From: an uncultured cyanobacterium
GTDB taxonomy: Bacteria > Cyanobacteriota > Cyanobacteriia > PCC-9006 > JAAUQQ01
Reading direction: 5' to 3'
Length of the DNA: 64,000 nucleotides
Assembly (NCBI GenBank): GCA_963718615.1
Contig: OY970368.1
Span: forward strand, 1,088,001 to 1,152,000
This document shows, one piece after another, positions 50,876 through 60,731 of the stretch; the stretch's first letter is position 1; every line of letters begins with the position of its first letter. Position numbers and translations under genes: made by a program. The notes below the pieces were generated by a model. It did no database searches and was not told the origin of the DNA. It worked only from the letters and a program-made list of their open reading frames with translations.

Positions 50876-52471
50876 ATGAATGTTTTATTGCTCTATCCTC
50901 GCTTTCCCAAAAGCTTTTGGTCCTTTGAAAAAACCTTGGCCTTGCTCGATCGCAAAGCGATGCTGCCGCCCCTGGGGCTGGTGACCGTGGCGGCGATTTT
51001 GCCCCAGACCTGGGAATTTAAGCTGGTCGATCGCAATGTGCGGACGGTGACCGAAGCGGAATGGGCCTGGGCGGATCTGGTGATTCTGTCGGCCATGATT
51101 GTGCAAAAAGAAGACCTGCTTGAGCAAATTCGCGAAGCCAAACGCCGCCACAAGCGCGTTGCAGTGGGTGGACCTTATCCCACCGCGCTCCCCAACGAAG
51201 CGGCTGGGGCCGGGGCCGATTATCTGATTTTGGATGAAGGTGAAATTACGCTGCCGCTGTTTGTGGCGGCGATCGAACGGGGAGAAACTTCAGGGACGTT
51301 TCGGTCCGAGGGGGAGAAGCCGGACGTGAGCCTAACGCCTATTCCTCGCTTTGAGCTGCTAGAGTTCGATGCCTACGCTGAAATGTCCGTGCAGTTCTCG
51401 CGGGGCTGTCCCTTCCAATGCGAATTTTGCGACATCATCGTTCTCTATGGTCGAAAACCGCGCACCAAAACCCCAGGGCAACTTTTAGCTGAACTCGATC
51501 GCCTCTACGAATTGGGCTGGCGACGCAGCATTTTCATGGTTGATGATAATTTCATTGGCAATAAACGCAACGTCAAGCTCTTTCTTCAGGAGCTTTTGCC
51601 CTGGATGGTTGAGCATGAATATCCCTTTTCCTTTGCCACCGAAGCATCTGTTGATTTGGCCCAGGATCCAGAGTTAATGAAACAAATGGTGGCCTGCAAT
51701 TTTGGGGCCGTGTTTCTGGGGATCGAAACCCCCGATGAAGCCAGCTTAACCCTGACCCAAAAACATCAAAACACCCGCGATTCCCTCAGCGAGGCCGTGC
51801 TGTCGATTACGCGGACCGGGCTACGGGTCATGGCTGGTTTTATTATTGGATTTGATGGGGAGGCGAAGGGAGCGGGCGATCGCATCGTCCAGTTTGTCGA
51901 ACAGACCGCCATTCCTACCGCATTGTTCAGCATGTTGCAAGCCCTCCCCGATACCGCGCTGTGGCATCGTCTGATCAAAGAGGAGCGTCTACGCAGCAAA
52001 GGGGCCAATATCAACCAAACCACGCTGATGAACTTTGTGCCCACGCGGCCTTTGGAAGAGATTGCCCGTGAGTATATTGATGCCTTTTGGCAACTCTATG
52101 ATCCTGAAAAGTTTCTCGATCGCACCTACCGTCACTATCGCCTGTTGGGGGAGGCCACCTATCCGAAAAAAGGGAAGCGATCGCGCAAACCCATCAACTG
52201 GATCACCCTTCGCGCACTCCTCACGATCGCTTGGCGACAGGGCGTTTGGCGTAAAACCCGCTGGCAGTTTTGGCGAAATCTTTGGCAAATGTTCCAGCAC
52301 AATCCCGGTGGGGTGAGTAGTTATTTGGCGGTTTGTGCGCAAATCGAGCATTTTTTGGAATATCGCCACATTGTTCGCGATGAAATTGAAGCGCAACTGG
52401 CCGCATTTTTGGCGGAGGAGGCAAGGCTCAAGGCGTTAGCGCCTGTCCCGGAATCCGTTGCGGCTTATTGA
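50876..52471 (+). CDS. B12-binding radical SAM protein (DUF4070-type)
   Basis: PPLGL, VGGPY, SRGCPFQCEFC, DDNFIGN. Confidence 0.93.
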   Translation: MNVLLLYPRFPKSFWSFEKTLALLDRKAMLPPLGLVTVAAILPQTWEFKLVDRNVRTVTEAEWAWADLVILSAMIVQKEDLLEQIREAKRRHKRVAVGGPYPTALPNEAAGAGADYLILDEGEITLPLFVAAIERGETSGTFRSEGEKPDVSLTPIPRFELLEFDAYAEMSVQFSRGCPFQCEFCDIIVLYGRKPRTKTPGQLLAELDRLYELGWRRSIFMVDDNFIGNKRNVKLFLQELLPWMVEHEYPFSFATEASVDLAQDPELMKQMVACNFGAVFLGIETPDEASLTLTQKHQNTRDSLSEAVLSITRTGLRVMAGFIIGFDGEAKGAGDRIVQFVEQTAIPTALFSMLQALPDTALWHRLIKEERLRSKGANINQTTLMNFVPTRPLEEIAREYIDAFWQLYDPEKFLDRTYRHYRLLGEATYPKKGKRSRKPINWITLRALLTIAWRQGVWRKTRWQFWRNLWQMFQHNPGGVSSYLAVCAQIEHFLEYRHIVRDEIEAQLAAFLAEEARLKALAPVPESVAAY

Positions 52472-52510
52472 CACGGCTGATTGACACGGCTGATTGACAC
52501 GGCTGATTGA
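52467..52510. repeat. 13-bp tandem repeat ATTGACACGGCTG x3
   Basis: Directly visible; contains the radical SAM gene stop codon. Confidence 0.9.
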
Positions 52511-52632
52511 AGGGTAAGGCTCCATTCCCTGGGGAGGAACCCTTCCCCCTCACCCTTCGTCAGGGCTTCGCATACCCTTTGGCAAAGCATCCACCGCTGC
52601 TGATTCCGATCCTGTCTTGAAAGGAGTACACC

Positions 52633-53457
52633 ATGCGCTATGTCGCTTTGGCCCTCAGCCTAGCCCTTTGTCTGCCGAGTGGGGCTGCGATCGCCCAAAC
52701 CACGCTCCCGAACTTTGCCTATCGCGAGGGTCGTGTGACGGCGAAGGCGGAGATTAACCCGATTGCAAGCCGGGTTCTGAGCCGATCCCTCAAGAAGGAG
52801 ATTCCCTCTGCCCTGGAATTTTCTGCGACGGACCTCGAAGGTTCGTTTATCCTGCCGCCGGGTTATGCCAAGCTGGCCTCCGGCAAAATTACGGTTAATG
52901 CGGCACCGCTGAAGGCGTTTCTGAGACCGGCGATCAACTTGGCGCTCCAGAGGCTAGCCCAAACCTATGATTTGCCGGACGGGATCACGATGGAAACCCT
53001 GGAAACGTTGCTGAATTATGAGATTCGTGGGACGGGCTCGATTGGGGGCGATCGCACCACGCAGTTTTCCTTTAGTTACAGCGACAACACGGATGTGATT
53101 ACGATTGAGGGGCTGGATCCCCTGGTGTTGGCGAGTTGTCAGGTGCGCCAGTGTCAGACCCAAACGGATGGGAAACTGGAGCTGAATCTGGATATTGCGG
53201 GGTTGCTGAGTACGAGCGATCGCCTCGGTCTCAAACTCCCGACGAGTGTGACTCGGATTTTGCGGAATGCTAGGCTTTTGGGGCTGAAGGAGCTGGAGTT
53301 TGCCCAGGGGACGATCGCCTCGGGCCTAGAAACCCAGCCAAAAGCCTTGGCCCTTTGGCCAAAGCGGCTGCAACCGCCAGTGTTGACCCAGGGGGATTTT
53401 GTGATGAATGCGGAGCGGCTTTCTGCGCCTTGGTCTTTGGTGTTTTCGGTGCCGTAA
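52633..53457 (+). CDS. Hypothetical secreted protein
   Basis: AAGGAG RBS, signal peptide ending AIA-Q. Confidence 0.75.
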   Translation: MRYVALALSLALCLPSGAAIAQTTLPNFAYREGRVTAKAEINPIASRVLSRSLKKEIPSALEFSATDLEGSFILPPGYAKLASGKITVNAAPLKAFLRPAINLALQRLAQTYDLPDGITMETLETLLNYEIRGTGSIGGDRTTQFSFSYSDNTDVITIEGLDPLVLASCQVRQCQTQTDGKLELNLDIAGLLSTSDRLGLKLPTSVTRILRNARLLGLKELEFAQGTIASGLETQPKALALWPKRLQPPVLTQGDFVMNAERLSAPWSLVFSVP

Positions 53458-53498
53458 GAAGGAGGGGCGATCGCAATTCCCCCATCTATCTCTTATGC

Positions 53499-53637
53499 CG
53501 TAGGGGTCGGCATTTCCGACCCTCCCTGGTTTGTGATGCACCGCAGAGGTCCAGGGCGCGGCATTCCCGACCCTCCCTGGCTTCTTGTGCTTGTGATGCA
53601 CTGCAGAGGTCCAGGGCGCGAATGCCGCGCCCCTACG
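53499..53637. repeat. Composite REP/REPIN-like element
   Basis: Ends CGTAGGGG...CCCCTACG; internal direct repeats GGCATT(T/C)CCGACCCTCCCTGG x2 and TTGTGATGCAC(C/T)GCAGAGGTCCAGGGCGCG x2. Confidence 0.75.
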
Positions 53638-53818
53638 AGGGGTTGGTGTCGTTTCTCATCGCCAAAAAATCTCCGGAAACTTTGGACCCATTCAAGAATC
53701 GTCCCCAGCATGGCCATGATCTACTCCCCAAAATTTTAATCCCGACTCTTTTTGTCGGGTATGTTTGACGGTAAAAATCCCCCATGCTAGGATTCGCTCA
53801 ACTTCCAGGGATTTCACC

Positions 53819-55129
53819 ATGACACCAACCCTCCTCACCCCCGCCACCACGGGTCTTGAAACCGCCCTCAAAGGCTTGCGCTGCAAGGAATGTGGCCAAG
53901 ACTACGAGCTCAAAGCCCTCCATGTTTGCGAAGATGTGTGCTTCGGTCCCCTGGAAGTGGTCTACGACTATGAAGTTCTGCGGCGCACCGTCACCCGCGA
54001 AACCATTCAGGCAGGGCCAAACTCCATCTGGCGCTATCGGGCGTTTTTGCCCGTCGAAACCGAAGACTATATTGATGTGGGCACAGGGATGACGCCACTC
54101 CTCGAAGCAAAGCGCTTGGCGCGGCGGTTGGGGTTGAAAAAGCTCTATATCAAAAACGATGCGGTGAATATGCCCACCTTGAGCTTCAAGGATCGGGTGG
54201 TGTCCGTAGCCCTGAGTCGGGCGCGGGAGTTGGGCTTTAGCACGGTGTCCTGTGCCAGCACGGGGAACTTGGCGAACTCTACGGCGGCGATCGCCGCCCA
54301 CGCCGGTCTCGACTGCTGCGTCTTTATTCCCTCCGATCTCGAAGCCGGTAAAGTTCTGGGCACGGTGATCTACTCCCCCACCGTCATGGCCGTTAAAGGC
54401 AACTATGACCAAGTGAACCGCCTCTGCTCTGAAGTCGCCAACACCCACGGTTGGGGCTTTGTCAATATCAACTTGCGGCCTTACTATTCCGAAGGTTCTA
54501 AAACGCTAGGCTACGAAGTCGCAGAACAGTTAGGCTGGCAACTGCCGGATCACATTGTTGCGCCGTTAGCGTCGGGTTCCCTATTCGGCAAGATTCGCAA
54601 GGGCTTTGAGGAATTTGTCAAAGTTGGTCTCGTGGAAGACAAACCGGTGCGCTACAGCGGTGCCCAGGCGGAGGGCTGTTCGCCGATTTCCCAGGCGTTT
54701 AAGGAAGGTCGGGATTTTATCACCCCGGTAAAACCCAATACGATCGCCAAGTCGATCGCCATCGGCAACCCCGCTGATGGTGTTTATGCCCTGGAGCAAG
54801 CTCGTCAAACCGGTGGCCACATCGAAGACGTCACCGATCCAGAAATCATCGAAGGCATCAAGCTCCTCGCCGAAACCGAAGGCATTTTCACCGAAACCGC
54901 CGGAGGCACCACCATCGCCGTCCTCAAGAAACTCGTAGAAGCCGGTAAGATTAGTCCCGACGAAACGACAGTGGTTTACATTACGGGCAACGGCCTCAAA
55001 ACCCAGGAATCGATCCAAAGCGAAGTCAGTTCACCCCTGACCATTGAGCCCAAGCTGGAAAGCTTTGAGCAAGCCCTAGAGCGGGCGCGAACGCTAGAAC
55101 GGTTGGATTGGCAACCGGTTTCGGTCTAG
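53819..55129 (+). CDS. thrC: Threonine synthase-family PLP enzyme with N-terminal Zn ribbon
   Basis: CKECG..CEDVC, PTLSFKDR, CASTGN, EGSKT, ITGNGLKT. Confidence 0.85.
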   Translation: MTPTLLTPATTGLETALKGLRCKECGQDYELKALHVCEDVCFGPLEVVYDYEVLRRTVTRETIQAGPNSIWRYRAFLPVETEDYIDVGTGMTPLLEAKRLARRLGLKKLYIKNDAVNMPTLSFKDRVVSVALSRARELGFSTVSCASTGNLANSTAAIAAHAGLDCCVFIPSDLEAGKVLGTVIYSPTVMAVKGNYDQVNRLCSEVANTHGWGFVNINLRPYYSEGSKTLGYEVAEQLGWQLPDHIVAPLASGSLFGKIRKGFEEFVKVGLVEDKPVRYSGAQAEGCSPISQAFKEGRDFITPVKPNTIAKSIAIGNPADGVYALEQARQTGGHIEDVTDPEIIEGIKLLAETEGIFTETAGGTTIAVLKKLVEAGKISPDETTVVYITGNGLKTQESIQSEVSSPLTIEPKLESFEQALERARTLERLDWQPVSV

Positions 55130-55171
55130 GGCGCTGTTTACTTGTTCACCCTCAACGATTGATTTTTCACC

Positions 55172-55447
55172 ATGGCAGTCAAAGTTCTCATTCCCACTCC
55201 CTTACAAAAGTTTACGAACAACACAGCGACCGTCGAGTGCGAGGCGAGCGATATCGATGGCTTGATTCAGTCCTTGGATAGTTCCTTCCCCGGCATTAAG
55301 AACCGCCTCTGCGATGACGCGGGCAAACTGCGCCGCTTCTTAAATTTCTATGTGAACGAAGAAGACATTCGCTTTCTGGAAAACCAAGCCACGGAACTCA
55401 GCGACGGTGATGAAGTCAGCATCGTGCCAGCGGTGGCTGGGGGCTGA
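55172..55447 (+). CDS. MoaD/ThiS/CysO-type ubiquitin-like sulfur carrier
   Basis: [17 protein letters not shown]-terminal VAGG. Confidence 0.93.
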   Translation: MAVKVLIPTPLQKFTNNTATVECEASDIDGLIQSLDSSFPGIKNRLCDDAGKLRRFLNFYVNEEDIRFLENQATELSDGDEVSIVPAVAGG

Positions 55448-55711
55448 TTGGCTTTGCTGGGGAAGGGGGGATCAATGCCAAGACGGCCCCAACGGTTTAC
55501 AGTAGAAAGGCTCGACCCATCAGTCGGTCAACAACGTTTATCTAGACCCCTGTTTATCTAAACCCCCTGTTTTCCTAGGGTTTTTCTTTTCTTCCCCAGT
55601 GACGATTGCTCAATTGCCCTGACCAATTTCCCTTTGGCGGAATCGCAAGAACGCTTCAGACTGCATGGTCCTTGCTGATCATTCTGCCTCCCTGCATCAG
55701 GGAAATTTTTC

Positions 55712-56263
55712 ATGGAATTTACTGTCCAAGCCATTTCTCGTACCGAGAGTTCTAAGCCCAATACCCTGCGACGCAACGGCATGATCCCCGCTGTCATGTA
55801 TGGCCATGATGGCACCAATGCTGTCTCCATTAGCATTACGGCCAAAGACGCCGAGCAGCTCGTGCAGTCTGCCTCTGTCAACAACAGCATTATTAATGTG
55901 CAGGTTCCCGATCTCTCCCTCGACTGCAAAGCGCTGCTGCGTGACATCCAAACCAATGCCCTTGGGAGCAAGCTCAATCACCTGAGTTTCTTTGCGATCG
56001 CCGCCCAAGCCAGCGTCCATGTCACCGTCCCCATCTACCTCAAGGGACAGGCCATTGGCGTAACGCTCAACAAAGGCAATCTGGACCAAAGCCTCAATGT
56101 GGTTGAGCTGCAATGTGCGCCCGATGTGATTCCCGCCAGTATCGATATTGATATTACCAACTTCGATGTGGGGAGTGCTCTACACGTCAGCGAACTCGAC
56201 CTGCCTAGCGGCGTCACGGTGGTTGGCGAACATGATCGCATCGTCTTTTCGATCACGGAATAA
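55712..56263 (+). CDS. rplY: 50S ribosomal protein L25/Ctc
   Basis: LRRNGMIPAVMYG, LLRDIQ, HLSF, LHVSELDLP. Confidence 0.93.
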   Translation: MEFTVQAISRTESSKPNTLRRNGMIPAVMYGHDGTNAVSISITAKDAEQLVQSASVNNSIINVQVPDLSLDCKALLRDIQTNALGSKLNHLSFFAIAAQASVHVTVPIYLKGQAIGVTLNKGNLDQSLNVVELQCAPDVIPASIDIDITNFDVGSALHVSELDLPSGVTVVGEHDRIVFSITE

Positions 56264-56299
56264 TCCTTCAGGACTAAGCCTTCAGTTCTTAGGACGGGG

Positions 56300-57001
56300 C
56301 TAAGGGGTTGCCAAGGGCGGCATTGGCCCCTTCTGGGAGGCGAGGCGATCGGCGAGGCGTGTGGTTTCGGGCAGACGATATTTGGGCGTGCAGGCGAGAA
56401 CATAGGCGATCGCCCCCACCAAACTCACCCGATGCCCCGTCGAAATATACAGCGGCTTCGTGCCCTGCCGACTGCGCAACACCGCCCCAATTTGCTCTTC
56501 TTTGTCCCACAGGGGGACCCAGGTGCCCTTCTCCGCTGGCACCTCTGCATGGGTGCCCACTAAGCGGGACTTGGCGACGCCAATGGTTGGGTGATCGAGC
56601 AAGAGGCCCAGGTGGGAGGCAATGCCGAGCCGACGGGGATGGGCGATGCCTTGGCCATCGCAAAGGATGAGATCGGGGTGAAGCTGAAGCTGTCCCAGGG
56701 CATCGAGCACCGTGGGGACTTCGCGAAACGAGAGTAGGCCGGGGACGTAGGGAAAGGTGGTGGGGTTGCGGGCGATCGCCATCTCCAATAACTCCAACCC
56801 CGGAAAGCTCAAGACCACGACAGCTGCCCGCGTCACGGTGCCATTTTCCTCAAATCCCACATCAACGCCCGCGACGGTGTTGACTGGGCCAAGTCGGTCG
56901 GTGCAGTTGACCTGGCTGCGGAGGGTTTGCTGGAGGGCGATCGCCTCTGCAGCGGTTTTAGGCCAGTCCTGGAGCGGGGGGATATGCATGATCAAACTCA
57001 A
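56300..57001 (-). CDS. nfi: Endonuclease V
   Basis: [43 protein letters not shown]. Confidence 0.95.
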   Translation of the reverse strand: MSLIMHIPPLQDWPKTAAEAIALQQTLRSQVNCTDRLGPVNTVAGVDVGFEENGTVTRAAVVVLSFPGLELLEMAIARNPTTFPYVPGLLSFREVPTVLDALGQLQLHPDLILCDGQGIAHPRRLGIASHLGLLLDHPTIGVAKSRLVGTHAEVPAEKGTWVPLWDKEEQIGAVLRSRQGTKPLYISTGHRVSLVGAIAYVLACTPKYRLPETTRLADRLASQKGPMPPLATP

Positions 57002-57089
57002 TCCAGAGCCACAGGATGTTGCATCCAGCGACGGTATATCCCCTCGATGGTAAACGCTAACCTGACATCAGGCTGACAGGCTCACAGAC

Positions 57090-58265
57090 TTAGAGGCTCA
57101 CGAGATGGGGATATTCCAAAATCAGCTCATCCTCGCTCAAGCTGCGGCCTTCGCTTTGGGGCGTCCAGAGCAACTCCACCGTCAGCAAATAGTCTGGCGT
57201 GACAGCGGCTAAGGTCGCCAAAACGGTTTTGACATCTTCAATGCTATGGATTTCGCCAAACAGCGGATGGTCATCTTCGGTGCCCACCAGCAGCGTCACC
57301 ACCACATAACGACCAACGTCCGGGCTGGCCGACGCCTCGGGAGCTGCGTTTTGTTGACGGAGGGGGCCACTGCCAACCTTCACTAAGGTTTCCGAGGTAA
57401 AGCGGCTGCGTTCTTCGATGGAAAACTGTTCAAACAGGCGCTGAGCCATTTCCCGCGATGTTGCCCGTTGGGAGGTCCCTTGGGCATAGGCCCAATATTC
57501 AGGATGGCGCATCAGGCTAAGCACGGACTCGCGCAACAGTTCAACGGTGCCTTCAGGAGTCTCAGTCTCGATCTGTTCGGCCAAGTCGTTCAGTTCTGCT
57601 TGAATCGTGCGGGCCTCAGACAGCAAGACGAGCTGCAAACGGCTGACATTGACGATGTCGTTATCGAGTTCGGCGCTGCCCCTGTCTTCCGTATCGGCAC
57701 TCTCACTGGCCCCAGTTTTCTGCTGACTGCACCACCACCACCAAACCACGCCACCCACACAGAGCCCGAAGATTAGGAGCCAAAAGAGTGCCTCCCCATC
57801 GCCCGTGGAATCGCTACTCACGTCTGAGCCGTTCTGATAGGACGACCCCCCGTAGTACACCGAGTTGTTGTTGATAGTGGTGTGGGATGGTGTGCTGTTA
57901 TTGCCGGAGCTGTTGCTACTGGAACTGCTGCTGGAGCTTTTCGAAGGGGAACTACTGGAGCTCTTCGAAGGGGAACTATTGGAGCCGGAACTTTTAGAGC
58001 TAGAGGGTTTACTGAAAGAGCCGCTGCGCACTCGACCACCGGATTTTTTGGCCCAGGCGCGATCGCCCTCCAAAAGCTGCTGCCAATGAAATTGGCCTAG
58101 AGGCTGCCCCATAAACTCGCCGGGACTCCTGTGAATCTGGCTCAAGCTGCCAAGACTCAGCGTATTGACTACAGCAAAGGATGCTAGCGTTGCGCCCAAT
58201 AGGGTCAAGCCCTTTTGATGTAGCAGATTTGGATTCATGGATTTAAAGTCGTGGGTAGAGCTCAC
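57090..58265 (-). CDS. DUF1517 family protein
   Basis: SGGRV.SGSF, Ser-rich linker, TM, SIEERSRFTSET, VELLWTPQ, YPHL. Confidence 0.88.
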   Translation of the reverse strand: MSSTHDFKSMNPNLLHQKGLTLLGATLASFAVVNTLSLGSLSQIHRSPGEFMGQPLGQFHWQQLLEGDRAWAKKSGGRVRSGSFSKPSSSKSSGSNSSPSKSSSSSPSKSSSSSSSSNSSGNNSTPSHTTINNNSVYYGGSSYQNGSDVSSDSTGDGEALFWLLIFGLCVGGVVWWWWCSQQKTGASESADTEDRGSAELDNDIVNVSRLQLVLLSEARTIQAELNDLAEQIETETPEGTVELLRESVLSLMRHPEYWAYAQGTSQRATSREMAQRLFEQFSIEERSRFTSETLVKVGSGPLRQQNAAPEASASPDVGRYVVVTLLVGTEDDHPLFGEIHSIEDVKTVLATLAAVTPDYLLTVELLWTPQSEGRSLSEDELILEYPHLVSL

Positions 58266-58563
58266 AGGGTAGCCGTGAGTTAGGGTGAGACAGTCTAGCT
58301 AAAGTAGTACGAATGCAAAGTACGGATGAAAAGCGCGATCGAGACCTTCTCCGCTTAGTGAGCCCACAGACCAGGACAAACTTGCCGGTGAATTTTCTGA
58401 AGTTGGGAAACTACATCTGGAGAAACCCAAAGAAAATCATAAAAAATCCCAGAACATCACAGAAAAGCGCAGCAAATAGTTAACCTACCTGCCGCGCCGA
58501 TGAAAGTTTTACTCAAGTTTTACTGAAGTCTAACGGAATCACACCACAGGCAATTGAATGTCA

Positions 58564-59082
58564 TTAAAACCGATAAGCAGCTCCGGTTTGAACGCTAATA
58601 GCTTGACCATTTTCATAGCCACTAATCCCCCAGCGAACATCACCAAAGAGAGCCACATTCGGATTGATTGCCCCTTCTACACCAGCGGTGAGCATGAAGG
58701 CCGAGCGATCGCCCAAAGGGGTATCCCCATCACCCACCACAAAGGAACCGCCACCCCCGAGATAAACGTTGGAAACATTGCTGGTGGCAATATCATAGGT
58801 CACCATCGGCTGAATCGCGGCACCATCGCCGGAGAACAATACTGAGCCCCGGAGCGAAACCGGTGCTGCGTTGAGGGCATAACGACCTTGAACCACTCCC
58901 CCAATCTGAATATCACCAAAGCCTTGGTCCGTATTCCCGCCAACGGAAAGACCACCACCGAGATAGTGACCTTCTAGGCCAGTTGGCTTGACTGCGGTTT
59001 GGGCAGAAGCAGGTCCGGCAATTGCAATCAAAGCAGCGGTTGCGGACAGAATAGCAGCGGAAACAACAGTTGAAAATTTCAT
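58564..59082 (-). CDS. Outer-membrane beta-barrel protein
   Basis: Signal peptide, alternating beta strands, C-terminal YRF. Confidence 0.8.
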   Translation of the reverse strand: MKFSTVVSAAILSATAALIAIAGPASAQTAVKPTGLEGHYLGGGLSVGGNTDQGFGDIQIGGVVQGRYALNAAPVSLRGSVLFSGDGAAIQPMVTYDIATSNVSNVYLGGGGSFVVGDGDTPLGDRSAFMLTAGVEGAINPNVALFGDVRWGISGYENGQAISVQTGAAYRF

Positions 59083-59348
59083 GACTCGCTCCTCACTGAG
59101 CTGACAAATCTGGATTTGAATTTGGAAATACTTCGCGGAACGGGTTTAATTTTGGGATGAACCTTTGCCTTTAACCTTTGCCTTGAAGCTTTCGCCTTCT
59201 TGTCTTAGTTGTAATTGATTTGAATAGTGATGTGGGGTAAGCAGGTCCTCTTTTGGAAGTGGCACAGATTTCCTCAAGATAGGATTTTGCTGAGGAACTT
59301 TGGTGTCATTAATCCGTCCTGAGCTTGGGCTAAAATCACACAACAATG

Positions 59349-59433
59349 TGTAGGTTGGGTTGCGTGCCTTAACCCAACTCGCTGAACCAAAGCAAAGTCA
59401 GTTGGGTTTCGCGTTGCTCAACACCAACCTACA
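59349..59433. repeat. REP-like inverted doublet
   Basis: TGTAGGTTGGGTT...AACCCAAC spacer GTTGGGTT...CCAACCTACA. Confidence 0.7.
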
Positions 59434-59739
59434 GTTTCTATGATGGGTCTGTAGCTTTCTAAGCAATACCTAAAGCAATATCTATGCAATATTTTCTAGA
59501 CAATTTTCATGCCGATATTGATCATCGATTTATCTCGCTTCAGATGATCTTAATCTCGCTTTCATTGGGAGAAGAAACTCTGCTTGCGGTCTAGCTTCAA
59601 TCTTTTTCCAGATCGCAAGCAAAGGGGAAACATTCCCGGTGATAGGTTTTGAGACGAGGGGCGATCGCAAAAGTTTCAGCCCTCCTCAAAAATGTTTTAA
59701 ATTAGAAGAAGATCTGCTTTGTTCTGCGGTACCCCCCCT

Positions 59740-59997
59740 ATGTCCAGTGCCACCCTATATAGCGAAGACCATTTCGTCGTCCTCGAACCCGGACAGGCGG
59801 AGCAACTGCTCACGGCGGAGGAAATGGTTGCCAAGCTCAAGGCCTGGATTCAGCACTACCCTGAGGCTCTGCCCCCGGATGTTCAGCAAGTGGCGGGGCT
59901 TGAAGCCCAAGTGCAGCTCCTGCTCGACGAAAGCTGTGCCCTCGACATTGATACCGGCAAAACCGTCCAGTGGTTTGCGATTCGCTTAGAAAAATAG
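59740..59997 (+). CDS. CRR7-like (chlororespiratory reduction 7) protein
   Basis: DHFVVLEPGQAEQLLTAEEM...QWFAIRLE. Confidence 0.85.
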   Translation: MSSATLYSEDHFVVLEPGQAEQLLTAEEMVAKLKAWIQHYPEALPPDVQQVAGLEAQVQLLLDESCALDIDTGKTVQWFAIRLEK

Positions 59998-60019
59998 GGT
60001 CTAGAGCGTCCCACTGGCC

Positions 60020-60553
60020 CTAGGACCGCAAGACCGAAGGAATTGCCGCCAAAATTTTCTCAGCCGTTGCCATCGGGGAGGCTGCCGGGTCCGGGATGAT
60101 GTGTAGGTCTGCCTCTGCGTAGCGTGCGCGCCGTTGTTCCATCAGCTTGCGCAACTGCTCCTTTGGGTCTTCCGTCTGCAAGAGCGGACGCTGCCGATCC
60201 TGCCGTAGGCGTTCGTAGAGCGGTTCCAGGGGAACATCAATCCAAATCACCAACCCCTGCTGCAAATAGCCCCAATTTTCCTGACGCAGAATAATTCCGC
60301 CTCCTGTGGCGATCGCCAACCGCGTATAGGCCGACAGCTCACCCAACACCTGACTTTCCAAATCCCGAAACGCGGCCTCTCCCTGCTGCGAGAAAATCTC
60401 CGGAATGGAGCAACGGGCCGCCTGCTCCACCACCGTATCCGTATCAAAAAACTGATAGCCCAGTTTTTCCGCTACCAGCCGTCCAATCGTGCTTTTGCCG
60501 ACGCCCATCATGCCAACAAAGTATAAATTTATGCCCTTAAGTTGTTCTTCCAC
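60020..60553 (-). CDS. aroK: Shikimate kinase
   Basis: GMMGVGKST, FFDTD, GEAAFRDLE, ATGGG, RPLL. Confidence 0.95.
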   Translation of the reverse strand: MEEQLKGINLYFVGMMGVGKSTIGRLVAEKLGYQFFDTDTVVEQAARCSIPEIFSQQGEAAFRDLESQVLGELSAYTRLAIATGGGIILRQENWGYLQQGLVIWIDVPLEPLYERLRQDRQRPLLQTEDPKEQLRKLMEQRRARYAEADLHIIPDPAASPMATAEKILAAIPSVLRS

Positions 60554-60731
60554 TGTTTCTATACCAACGATTAATAAACGCTAATTGGCCCCCAAAGGAG
60601 TACCGTAGCGTTATTTTAAAGGTCAACGGGGTTGTAAATGTGTCTTTGAAGCATGTACAGAATCCGAGGAGAGCTTTTATGCTAGAGAGAGCAACCTTGA
60701 CGAAACTTAACAATTCACCTGGCGATCGCCC

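Noticed and set aside
53499-53637. Possible mini CRISPR array
   Set aside because: Only two units, the intervening sequences are themselves repeated, ends are REP-like, and no cas genes are present.
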